Shown: in pieces, positions 23,782-36,835 of the stretch
How the letters are laid out: each line of letters starts with the position of its first letter
How positions within the stretch are numbered: the first letter of the stretch is position 1
The notes under the pieces: model-generated
The model's database searches: none
Told to the model about the DNA's origin: nothing
What the model saw: only the letters and a program-made list of their open reading frames with translations
NCBI GenBank assembly: GCA_964016885.1
Contig: OZ024742.1
Coordinates: 145,948,001 to 146,012,000 of the forward strand
From: Eledone cirrhosa
Taxonomy: Eukaryota
Length of the DNA: 64,000 bases
Direction of reading: 5' to 3'
Program-made: the position numbers and the translations under genes

Positions 23782-26563
23782 ATGGCTAACATAGCCCCAT
23801 CTCCCTCACCCGTCCATGTGCCCCATCCTTCCCACCCTCCAAATGCAATCCAAAACTTCAGAGTTGGTACCATGAATGTAGGCACCTTAAAAGGTCGCTC
23901 TAACGCGGTTGTAGAGATGTTTGAACGTAAGGAGGTTGATGTTTGCTGTATTCAAGAGACCAGGTGGAGGGGTGGGTCTGCTAGATTCATTGTGGGTAAA
24001 AAACGATGCTATAAGCTTTTCTGGGTGGGAAATGACAATGGGCTGGGTGGAGGAGGAATCATGCAAGCAGAAAAATGGGTAGATAAGATAATAGACGTAA
24101 ATAGAGTGAACGACAGAATAATTAAAATAAGACTTGTCCTCAATAGAACTACTGTGACAAAAATATCTGCGTATGCACCCCAATCCGGACTGCCTGGCAT
24201 TATAAAAGACAGATTCTATGAGTCGCTAATGCTCACTACCTCCCAAATAACCAACAGTGACTACATAATTATTGCTGGCGACCTAAATGGTCATGTTGGA
24301 CAACACTGTGACGGCTATGATGGAATCCATGGAGGCTATGGGTTTGGTACTAGAAATTAGGAAGGCTCCAGAATCCTGGAATTCTGTGACGCAAATAACC
24401 TAACTGTCTGTAACACAAACTTCAAAAAACGAGACAATCACTTGATCACCTATAGATCAGGGGAACACGCCAGTCAGATAAATTATATCCTTACCAGAAG
24501 ATGTGACAGAGCGTCTGTTGTAAACACTAAATCCCTCCCCCATGAAGAATGCACCTCCCAACATAGACTCATAGTTAGCGACCTCATAGTCAGGACGAGC
24601 CGTACTCGACAATAGAGGAGGATTATCCTTAGGAGAAAAATATGGAAGTTAAAGGACCCCACAGCCAGTAATAAATTTAAAAGCATATTACTTGATGCAT
24701 TTGGCAGTAAGGAAGAGCAATTAGAGTCGTACAATATAGAGGAACAGTGGGAATTCCTGAAAGCTAACCTGCTGAAGGCGACAGATGAAATCTGTGGCTG
24801 GAGCAGACCTATAGGCAGGAGGAGAGTAACTTGGTGGTGGAACAGTAAAGTGGAGGAGTCGATCAAGGCCAAAAAGCAGGCTTGGAAAGTATGGCGGGAT
24901 AAGGGAAGTAGAGAAGACTATCAAGTGGCCAGGAGGGAAGCTAGGAGACAAGTGTACTTCGCAAGAAGGGAAGCAGAGGAAAGAAAGTTCAAGCATGTTC
25001 TACAACGCGAGGACCAAAAATGTGAGGTGTTCAGGATTGCTAGGCAATGTGTCAAGGAAAACCATGATATTGTCGGGGAGAAGTGTGTCCATAATGATGA
25101 TGGTGTACTTGCCATCACTGACGCTGATAAGAAGGTAGCTTGGAAGTGTCACTACGAAAGGCTACTAAATGAGGAGAATAAATGGGAGAAAGACAGTCTC
25201 CCCCACATCTATCCAATAGAGGGATCAGCAGTGCAAGTTGAAGGTAGTATAATAAGTAAGGCAATCAAAGATATGAAGACGAGCAAGGCGGCTGGGCCTT
25301 CAGAAATAGTTGCTGAAATGCTGAAAGCATCTGGAACGGTGGGACACACTATGGTCACCCGGATAGTAAACCAAGTCATACAGAATGGGGTCGTACCAAA
25401 GGACTGGCATAGCAGCATCATCATTAACTGCTACAAGGGTAAAGGAGATGCCCTAGATAGGGGTAACTATAGAGGCATTAAATTAATTGACCAGGTCATG
25501 AAGGTCACAGAAAAAGTAATAGCGCAACTAATCAGAGAGCGAATTGATCTAGATGAAATGCAGTTCGGGTTTGTGTCAGGTAAAAGTACCACAGATGCTC
25601 TTTTCATTGTACGACAACTACAGGAGAAGTACCTAGCTAAAAGTAAACCCCTATACTTAGCTTTCGTTGACTTGGAGAAAGCTTTTGACAGAGTCCCACG
25701 CCCATTATCTGGTGGGCTCTCAGAAAACTAGGTGTTGATGAATGGCTTGTGAGAGCTATACAATCCATGTATAAAGAAACAGTCAGCAAGGTTAGAATTA
25801 ACAACGAATATAGTGAAGAGTTTAGCATAAAAGTTGGTGTTCATCAGAGCTCCGTCCTTAGCCCCCTCCAGTCTATAACAGAGGAGTTCAAGACCGGCTG
25901 CCCATGGGAACTTCTATACGCAGATGATCTATCACTCATAGCCGAATCAATGGCTGAACTAGAGAAGAAATTCCAAACATGGAAGCATGGTCTAGAATCA
26001 AAAGGCCTTAAAATTAACTTGTCTAAGACTAAAGTTGTAATATGTAGGAAGGAAAATAGGGCACTGGTCCCATCTGGGAAATGCCCATGCTCAGTGTGTA
26101 GGAAAGGCGTAGGTAGAAACTCCATTTTATGTCCCAAATGCAAAGTATGGGTGCATAAAAGATGTAGTGGGATCACAGGTAAGCTAACTAAGAATATAGA
26201 TGTTACATGTGGCTGGTGCACAGGTGCAATAAGTAGCAGCAAATGCCCACAGAATACTAACTCATTCCATTGCACAGATGGTTCTATAGAAATAGTGGAC
26301 AGCTGTTACCTGGGTGACAAAATCAGCAGTGGGGGAGGGTGCTCCGAAAGTACTGTAGCTAGAGTCAGAACGGGATGGAAAAAGTTCAGAGAGCTTATAC
26401 CACTATTGGCCGCTAAAGGTTTCTCTCTAAAAATGAAAGGCAGGCTGTATGATGCCTGCATCCGAACAGTGATGTTACATGGCAGTGAGACCTGGGCCTT
26501 GTGTGCAGAGGATCTACGCAGACTGGAGAGGAACGAAGCTTGCATGCTCCGTTGGATGTGTAA
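23782..26563 (+). mobile_element. RTE LINE family B pseudogene: APE endonuclease plus RT, 3' end missing
   Basis: GTMNVGTL, CCIQETRW, SAYAPQ, AGDLNGHVG, QFGF, FVDLEKAFD, LLYADDL, PHD-like finger. In-frame stops (24358, 24613) and frameshifts. Homology to 54061-57218 ends at ..tggatgtgtaa. Confidence 0.95.
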
Positions 26564-26989
26564 GGGGGTTACCTCCCTTGCAGGGTAAACACTAGAGTAA
26601 TCACGTCACTACTACTGCATTAGAACCCGGTAGCTGGCTGAGAACAAAATACCTGTTGACGAAATGGCTACCTTGTTCGATCGTTATACAACGAAAGCAG
26701 GCAGAATAATTGATTTAGGAGTCACAGAAACCTCCCACTAGATTTTACAAACACTTTCCAAGAGGTCCAGGTAAATTCTTTTGTTAACCTGTTTAGCTTG
26801 CTTCGTTTTTTTGGCTCCGGTGGCTGATGGCTTCACGACCACTGTTTTCATTTTATCTGGCCTTTATAACGTATGTTAATTGCTTTGGTTTTCTTTTAGT
26901 CCATTGAGCGCTTGCCACATATCTTGAGGATTGCGTTTTGTTTTGTTTTTGGCCCCCGTTGAAATACGATCTCGCTGAAATTATATTTG

Positions 26990-27027
<38 letters not shown>

Positions 27028-27033
27028 ATATAT

Positions 27034-28077
27034 AAAATATGTAGTTTAGAAAGCCACAACAATGCAGATGGGAAATCTCGAGGTAGGAAGTGAGTGAGAA
27101 ATAGGAGAAAAGTGAAAATTGAGAGAAACGAAAAAAAAAAAAAACGATAACAAAAATGTAACCAGTTTTACATAGGTAGCACCATCCGACCCCTACATGT
27201 TCGTATCAAGGAACATGTCAACACCAACGCATCTTCCTTCCGTAAACACATCCTTAAATGCGGAAACCCACAGGGCAGACCCTTGGTCACAGTCCTAGCG
27301 ACTGAACGCAGCATCGGATCCTTAAGGATAAAGGAAGCACTTGTTATTAAGAACCTCAGACCACCACTTAACAACCGGGCTGAGAGAAATGAGCTGACAT
27401 GGCTAATCTAACCATAGTGACCAGTAACAGCCCCTACGGCCTACTATCTTTCACACACACGCACTTATATGTATACCCATACACACACACACACACATCT
27501 ATATTTATACATGCACACATGTTTATACAACCTACCACCTTTCACACCCTTTGAATTCCAGCTTCTACGGCCCACTATCTTTCACACACACACACTCACA
27601 TACATACACACATACACATATACACACACATATATATTTACACACATATTTTACGGCTTTCATACGCTAGCGCACCCTATTGATTTAACCCAATTGGTCA
27701 GTAGCTTTTGCCACAGCCTATCACACGCACGCGCATTCTTTCCCTCGTTTGAATTTTCCCCCATAACGGCATTCTTATGTTTTAACGACAATACAACTTT
27801 CTCCGGCTTAGCCTGTTCCCCCCCTTTTGGAACTTTCCCCCCGTTGATGGGCGTGAGCCCGAAATATTGGGATTAAATCTCCACTACGGTAACCCTTCTA
27901 CCTTTGTTTTGTTTTCGTTTTTTTTTTTTTTTTTTTTTTCGTTTCTCTCAATTTTCACTTTTCTCCTATTTCTCACTCACTTCCTACCTCGAGATTTCCC
28001 ATCTGCATTGTTGTGGCTTTCTAAACTACATATTTTACATATTTCACAATGCTTCAAGCAAACTTTAACACCCTCTT
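27034..28077 (+). mobile_element. Second Penelope-like element: 3' GIY-YIG fragment, 3' pseudo-LTR and inverted 5' piece, inserted in (TA)n
   Basis: 27154-27411 (+), absent from the ORF track, reads KCNQFYIGSTIRPLHVRIKEHVNTNASSFRKHILKC..LRIKEALVIKNLRPPLNNRAE..*. 27034-27150 is the reverse complement of about 27905-28036. Confidence 0.88.
27829..27882 (+). ncRNA. Hammerhead-like motif with a non-canonical core (CCGTTGA)
   Basis: GGA..CCC-CCGTTGA-T-GGGC(GTGA)GCCC-GAAA-TA-T-T-GGG..TCC in the PLE 3' region; palindromic AATATT at stem III. Confidence 0.5.
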
Positions 28078-28295
28078 ATATATATATATATATATATTGT
28101 TATACTTGGGAAGGGTCATATTTGTGTAATATTGCCAGAATTAATAACAGAACACACTCACTGTTTGGTTGGTTTTCGCTTTTCGCTTCTGTGTCTTTTA
28201 TATCGGTAATCTAATTTATTCGGTCCTCAATGTTGCCATTGACTGACAAACGGTCAAAAATAATACAGATACAATATAGACACAAACACATATAT

Positions 28296-28349
28296 ATAGT
28301 TTATCAAAGTTCTTTCGTTGCACATCTGCAACATCGTCAGTGGTGCTAT
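28296..28349 (-). ncRNA. Type I hammerhead ribozyme motif in PLE pseudo-LTR
   Basis: Minus strand ATAG-CAC-CA-CTGACGA-T-GTTGCA(GATG)TGCAAC-GAAA-G(AA)C-T-T-TG-ATAAA-CTAT. Confidence 0.75.
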
Positions 28350-29988
28350 TGTTTCCTCCTGTTACATTGTATGTCTACGCCATTTTTATTTAGTCTGTCT
28401 ATATATTTATTTATTTATTTATTTATTTGTTTGTTTGTTTATTTTATTTTGTCTTCTTTGCGCATGCGTTTGCGTGTGTGTATTTGTTTGATGTGTGTTC
28501 GTGATTGGGTGACTGTGTATCGGTTAATGTATTCTATCTTCTCTAGTGTGTGTTTATATGTGTTTGTTGTTATTATGCTTGTGTATGTATTTATTTATTT
28601 ATATATCTATTTATTTATTTATTTATACTTCTCTTAGGTCAGTGTTGTTTGTTTGGGTGTTGTTGTTATTCCATTCATTCTTTCTGTTTAGTTTTGGCCT
28701 TCTAAGTTCTATTTCACTGGCCTCTCTGATTTGCCTATCTGCTGGGTCATTTCTATGTTTAGATATTATTCTAATTTCTATGTTGTCTATGTTACCGTCG
28801 TGTTGTTGTCTGGCATGTTCGTATAGTACTGACCCGTTTTTTCGTCCTTTTAGTTCCCCCCAGTGTTGGTCTATCCTTTCACCTATGCTACGAGCTGTCT
28901 CGCCTATGTATGTTGTTGTCATGTTTCTGCAAGTACCCTCTGTACATCTTATGCTATAGACTACGTTTCTAGTTTTACAGTTTATCCGGGGGTTTACCTT
29001 ACATATGATACATTTCCTATTAGTACAGTGGGTTTTCTTAAAAGGGTAGGTTTTGCTGATCAGGGATTTTATGGTGGTTCCTGGCTTTTCTACCACCTTA
29101 ATCTTTAAGTGGGACATAAGATAGGGAAAGCCACCTCATGGTACGACAACCAGAGATACCAGAGTGTCATGTTTGTGGACGCTACCCCTGGAGGGAAATT
29201 AGTTAACCAGTGTAGAAAAGCCCTGAGAAAGACCCACTTAAAGATTAAGGTGGTAGAAAAGCCAGGAACCACCATAAAATCCCTGATCAGCAAAACCTAC
29301 CCTTTTAAGAAAACCCACTGTACTAATAGGAAATGTATCATATGTAAGGTAAACCCCCGGATAAACTGTAAAACTAGAAACGTAGTCTATAGCATAAGAT
29401 GTACAGAGGGTACTTGCAGAAACATGACAACAACATACATAGGCGAGACAGCTCGTAGCATAGGTGAAAGGATAGACCAACACTGGGGGGAACTAAAAGG
29501 ACGAAAAAACGGGTCAGTACTATACGAACATGCCAGACAACAACACGATGGTAACATAGACAACATAGAAATTAGAATAATATCTAAACATAGAAATGAC
29601 CCAGCAGATAGGCAAATCAGAGAGGCCAGTGAAATAGAACTTAGAAGGCCAAAACTAAACAGAAAGAATGAATGGAATAACAACAACACCCAAACAAACA
29701 ACACTGACCTAAGAGAAGTATAAATAAATAAATAAATAGATAAATAAATAAATAAATACATACACAAGCACAATAACAACAAACACATATAAACACACAC
29801 TAGAGAAGATAGAATACATTAACCGATACACAGTCACCCAATCACGAACACACATCAAACAAATACACACACGCAAACGCATGCGCAAAGAAGACAAAAT
29901 AAAATAAACAAACAAACAAACAAATAAATAAATATATAGACAGACTAAATAAAAATGGCGTAGACATACAATGTAACGGGAGGAAACA

Positions 29989-30042
29989 ATAGCACCACTG
30001 ACGATGTTGCAGATGAGCAACGAAAGAACTTTGATAAACTAT
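29989..30042 (+). ncRNA. Type I hammerhead ribozyme motif in PLE pseudo-LTR
   Basis: ATAG-CAC-CA-CTGACGA-T-GTTGC(AGATGA)GCAAC-GAAA-G(AA)C-T-T-TG-ATAAA-CTAT. Confidence 0.75.
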
Positions 30043-32589
30043 ATATATGTGTTTGTGTCTATATTGTATCTGTATTATTTTTGACCGTTGGTCAGTCAAT
30101 GGCAACATTGAGGACCGAATAAATTAGATTACCGATATAAAAGACACAGAAGCGAAAAGCGAAAACCAACCAAACAGTGAGTGTGTTCTGTTATTAATTC
30201 TGGCAATATTACACAAATATGACCCTCCCCAAGTATAACAATATTTGTTGCGACACACGATTTCATATAAAAAACCTCGCAAAACTATTATATATATACA
30301 TACATACACAAACAAAGTTGTTGATTTAATTAAGAAACATTGGAGAAATTCAAAATAAGTGTATCCCAATGAAAATGAACATAGTAATAGTGAATCACTA
30401 TAAACAATAGTTGAGAAAATTGGATAAAGTACCTCTGGAGATGGAAAACAGTGGACATTCATCATCATTATTGTCATAATTTTATAATTTTTTTCAAATG
30501 GTGGTATGGGTTGTATATGTTTTCATTGTCTGTGTCATCTAACATACACAGCAAGAACCCCCCTCCCTGCCCTAACAACTTTGTTATGTATATTTTATAG
30601 TGTGGACTGGGTGTTTCTAGAGCAATCATCCTAAATGTTTAGGACTTGTAGTGGAACTACGTCATACCTCGTAATAGCAACATTTCATAAGCAAGTTGGT
30701 TAAACAGACCAATGGTTAATCACGTATGAATACATTGTCGTCTCCTAGTGAAAACCACTGCACACCAAAAGAAGAACTGAGATCAAAAAGATGAAAAAAT
30801 CTACTACAGGATAACTCCTACTATAATCCTCTTATCTGCTATACAAGATATTCTATTGTATGTACACAAATTTAGCTTTCGACAATACATTTATATTTAT
30901 AGAGAATTGAGTGTTAAAGGGACATTTATTTATACCATGGATATCAGAAACCTGTCACAGCAAGTACGAAGCAACAAACACATCAACCAAGGTATTTTAT
31001 TATAATTGTTTGTGATAACAAGGTCCTTGGATGTTTCAACTTGTAGTTGTAAAAAGGTATAAGTAATTAATTGACTCCTCATTCCCCTATAGACTAAAGA
31101 ATCTCCTCTATCATGTACTATTAACTCTTATTCAGAGTTAGTGCTTGCCTAGATTGGTAATCTGTGATGTGGTCTGCAGAATCTTTATCATACTAGTAAA
31201 GTTATCCAATCTAAGGAGGATTAAAGAATATGCTCTAACCTGTATCAGTTCTTATTTAGTGTTAGTGCTGTCCAAGCTACATAGTGTGTGAGGTTACTTG
31301 CTAAGTCTTCATTTCACTTATATGATCCATTTTGACAGGTTTTCTATGAATGAATGCATTTCCTATCACCAGCCACTTCACAGAGTGTACAGGGTATATT
31401 TTGTTGTGGCAGCAGCATTAGAGGAGTTGATGTCCTCAGCAACACTAAATAGTCAAATGAATTTGATACACTGTCAGAACACCAACATTCTTAGACATCA
31501 CCCACTTTACAGGATGTACTGAGTATATCTTGTTGTGACACTAGCACTGCCACTTCACTGAGTATACTAGGTGTATTTTGTTGTGACACAAATAGAAAAG
31601 AGACAAGACATCCAATTTGTGCCAACATAGATAAATGTACATAAAATGATGATAGTGATAAAGAATTCAAAGATGATAGTGATGATGATGATAATGGTTG
31701 AAGAGTATGGAATAATTTCATTGAATTATTGAGATTTCTTTCATAATTTTAATGTATAAGAACTTCTTGAAATGAAAAGTTAATCACATCTAAATAACAA
31801 CCAAACTAAATAGGAATACTCCAATACTCCATTTTGCCAGATTCTAATTATAATATTTCTATCTTGCCTACTTCTCGTGATACCATATTGAAATTCTGTA
31901 GAAGAATGGGGAAGATATAATTCCTTACAACAAATTAACTTTTAATGTCCTGAACCACACGAAGCCACATTAGCAAGACATTGTGGAAAAGTACTGAACA
32001 GCTCTATGACTGCTTTACATTAAAAATTAATGTCTTTACTATAATACTGAAATGTATACAATGATCTGTCCACTTGTAAAGATACTGAGAACATTTGAAT
32101 TAAATCCACATTTAGATATTTTCTGCTATATCATGACCATATTCATTTTGTATATCATTACAAAATTCATTTTTAGATGTTTTCAGCTAAATCATTACAG
32201 GATGTTAAGAGTTAAAGTAGCTTTTGTATAAACATTACAACACATAATGATGCTATATTCTACCTAGATATGTGGTAGGATGGATACAAAAAAACAGGAC
32301 ATACAATTAATAATAATAATGATGATAATAATATTAAGGAGGAGGAAGATGTTATTTATTAGCAAGCTTCCTTTTTCAGCAATTAATTCAATGGAAATTT
32401 ATTCATGTTATTCTGAAACCCCTCTTCTCTTTTGTATATATTAATATTCCGGCCAGTTTTATAGCTTCCAGCATAGAAATTACTCGAGAGAAGGACGACA
32501 AACAAAATCTATTGAGAAATAAAGATATATGCGTATATATATCATCATTGAATGTCCATTTCCCTGCTAGCAATGGTTATACACACAAA

Positions 32590-33497
32590 CACACCTATAT
32601 ATATATATATATATACACACACCTACATGTTTATATATATATATATATATATACACATACACCTACATGTATATATATACACACCTACATGCATATATAT
32701 ATACACACATACATGTATATATATATACACACACCTACATGTATATATATATATACACACACCTACATGTATATACACATATACACACACCTACATGTAT
32801 ATACACACCTACATGTATATATATACATACACACACACCTACATGTATATATATATACACACCTACATGTATATATATATATATACACACCTAGATGTAT
32901 ATATATACACATCTACATGTATATATATATATATATATACACACACATCTACATGTATATATATATATATATATACACACATCTACATGTATTTATATAT
33001 ATACACACACCTACATGTATATATATATATACACACACCTACATGTATATATATATATACACACACCTACATGTATATATATATATATACACACCTACAT
33101 GTATATATATATATACACACCTACATGTATATATATATATACACACACCTACATGTATATATATATACACACACCTACATGTATATATATATACACACAC
33201 CTACATGTATATATATATATACACACCTACATGTATATATATATACACACCTACATCTATCTATATATATATATATATATACACACCTACATGTATATAT
33301 ATATATATATATATACACACCTACATCTATATACACCTACATATATATATGTACACCTACATCTATATATATATAAACCTACATCTATCTATATATACAC
33401 CTACATCTATCTATATATATACACCTGCATCTATCTATCTATATATACACACACCTACATATATATATATATATATACACACACCTACATATATATA
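32590..33497. repeat. Minisatellite [CACACCTACATG(TA)n]
   Basis: Dozens of directly visible units. Confidence 0.95.
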
Positions 33498-33937
33498 TGG
33501 TGGCTGTCAACTCGTTTTCGAGTACGGCCACTACTTTATATCCATGATGCGCTGAACGAGTGTGACTTTTTAGTCCAGCCAGCGACTTGAAAACTCTGGT
33601 ACAAACACTACACTTGTGACAATTATTGACACATAGTGCTAGGCCCATGGTACCATGTGACGACAAGTGCAGAGAGATCCCCAGATACAAAGCAATGCCT
33701 GTGCCGTGAAGCTTTTATAGTGAGCAAAGGCACAGCACAAAGCCAGTCCCACTCTCTTAACCAAGATGATATTTACCAAAAAGAAGAACAAGTCAACATC
33801 ATTGGATACCATCAGGGTTGCAGGTGTTATATCAAAGTTTTCCTTCTCCTAGAATTCTGCCTTGACAAAGGCTAAGGGTTCATCTCTCCCGGTGATTTTG
33901 GATGGCCATTGACTCTTAAAAGCTCCTTTGCCCTTTG
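33498..33937 (-). mobile_element. Short bipartite RTE-derived element (5'UTR-like part fused to a 3' end with a C2H2 finger)
   Basis: Minus strand starts with agagtcaatggccatccaa..ctaggagaaggaaaact (shared with 46873-47066) and ends with CSVCTRVFKSLAGLKSHTRSAH plus ctcgaaaacgagttgacagccacc. Confidence 0.55.
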
Positions 33938-34694
<757 letters not shown>

Positions 34695-35718
34695 TCATCA
34701 TCATCATCATCATCAACGTTTAACGTCCGTGTTCCACGCTTGCATGGGTTTGGACGGGGGTAGTCCCACTTGAGGCAAGAGTGATTGTCTTGCTCGCATA
34801 GGACTGTCTGGCAGGTTTTCTACAGTTGGATGCCCTTCTTAACACCAACCACATTTACAGTGTGGGTCTGGGAGGTTTTTACCGTGTTGCCTACACGGCC
34901 ACATTACAGCGTGGACTGTGTGTTTTTTTGTCGTGACACCTACACGATCTCATTTGTTTCGGCCTCGATGGCGCGGCACCAACATAACTTTACATAGAAC
35001 GGGGTGGTGTGGATGGGGTGGGGGTGGTGGTGGTGGGACGGGGTGTATTTTGTTAGAGATGCCTACTGGCTGGAGTAGATTTTACTATATATTTAGGTAA
35101 GGCGGGTCTTCTCTGTTACTGAGTACCGCCAAAGGTCTCGGTCCAGTGACATTGTCTTGGAGAGGTGTAAGTGTGTGATGTCGGGGTTTATCAGCTCGTC
35201 CCAGGTTTTTCTAGGTCTGCCTATTCCGTGACTACCGTCTATCTTTATTGCCCTGCACTTTGTTATACAGCTATCGACTTTCATGCGCATCACGTGTCCA
35301 TACCAACGTAGCCTTCTCTCGAGTAAACAACATATGATCCCTCTTATCTCTAATTTTTTCCTTAGTTCGTTTATGCTTTGCCGTTCACGTATATTACTGT
35401 TACACATCCAGCGGAGCATGCAAGCTTCGTTCCTCTCTAGTCTGCGTATATCCTCTGCACACAATGCCCAGGTCTCACTGCCATGCAGCATTGCTGTTCG
35501 TATGCAGGCATCGTACAACCTGCCTTTCATTTTTAGGGAGAACCCTTTAGCAGCTAATAGTGGTATAAGCTCTCTGAACTTTTTCCAACCAGTTCTGACT
35601 CTAGCTACAGTACTTTCAGAGCACCCTCCCCCACTGCTGATTTTATCGCCCAGGTAACGGAAGCTGTCCACTATTTCTATAGAACCCTCTGCGCAATTGA
35701 AAGAGCTAGTATTTTGTA
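34695..35718 (-). mobile_element. RTE family B 3' fragment with full 3' UTR and (GAT)n tail
   Basis: ORF 35093..35770 from QNTSSFNC to EKTRLT matches the C-terminus of ORF 54025..56703. Confidence 0.95.
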
Positions 35719-35761
35719 CATATTTATATATATATATATATATACACCTACATATATATAT

Positions 35762-36135
35762 CATCATCATATCATCATTTCATTTTACGTCCGCTTTTTC
35801 CCTGCTTGCAAGGGTGGGACGGGAACTGATTCTGGCTTGATTTCTACAGCTGGATGCCCTTCCTAACACCAACCTCATTTACAGTGAGTGCTGGGTGCTT
35901 TTTGCGTGGCACCTCCACAACCAATTTGCAGTGGAATGATATGGACCCCAGTCCCTATCATCTCATTTCTACAGCTGAGTAAACTGGAGCAATGTGAAAT
36001 AAAGTGTCTTGCTCAAGGAAACAACACATCACCCGGTCTGATAATTGAACTCATAACCTTTCGATTGCAAGGTCAATGCTCTAACCACTAAGCCATGTGC
36101 CTCCCCAATGCTCTAACCACTAAGCCATGTGCCTC
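35762..36135 (-). mobile_element. tRNA-derived CORE-like SINE with an RTE family A tail
   Basis: Reverse complement of 42957-43295; the 31 bp at its 5' end are tandemly duplicated. Confidence 0.88.
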
Positions 36136-36173
36136 CTATATATATATATATTTATATTTATATATACACCTAC

Positions 36174-36208
<35 letters not shown>

Positions 36209-36787
36209 CACCTATATATATATATATATATATATACACCTCCATATATATATACATATATATATACACCTACATATATCATCATCATCATCGTTTAACG
36301 TCCATCTTCCACACTTGCATATATATATATATATATATATACATATATACCTACATATATATATACACCTACATATATATATATATATATTTATATACCT
36401 ACACATATATATATATATATTTATATACCTACACATATATATATATATATACATATATATATTTATATACCTACACATATATATATATATATACATATAT
36501 ATATTTATATACCTACACATATATATATATATACATATATATATTTATATACCTACATATATATATATATATATACATATATATATTTATATACCTACAC
36601 ATATATATATATATATACATATATATATTTATATACCTACATATATATATATATATACATATATATATACACCTACATATATATATATATACACACCTAC
36701 ATACACCTACATATATATATATATACACACCTACATACATATATATATATATACACACCTACATACATACATATATATATACACACC

Positions 36788-36832
<45 letters not shown>
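36136..36832. repeat. TA-rich minisatellite with a TACACCTACA/TTTATATACCTACA core
   Basis: Directly visible. Confidence 0.93.

Positions 36833-36833
<1 letters not shown>

Positions 36834-36835
<2 letters not shown>

Larger units (their letters stand above)
28095..30290. mobile_element. Neptune-type Penelope-like element, inverted (palindromic) insertion of the 3' end
   Basis: ORF 29109..29723: SVMFVDATPGG.L, KVVEKPG, C..C..C..C linker, VVYSIRC..C..YIGETARS..R..H..H..RQIREA..LN.KNEW (GIY-YIG). Arm 28095-29113 is the reverse complement of 29233-30243, followed by a ~47-nt unpaired tail. Flanked by (TA)n. Confidence 0.92.

Noticed and set aside
26559-26820. LTR retrotransposon LTR starting TGTAAGGGG
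   Set aside because: No matching second LTR start, CA end, PBS/PPT or gag-pol sequence; the TGTAA also overlaps RTE sequence.
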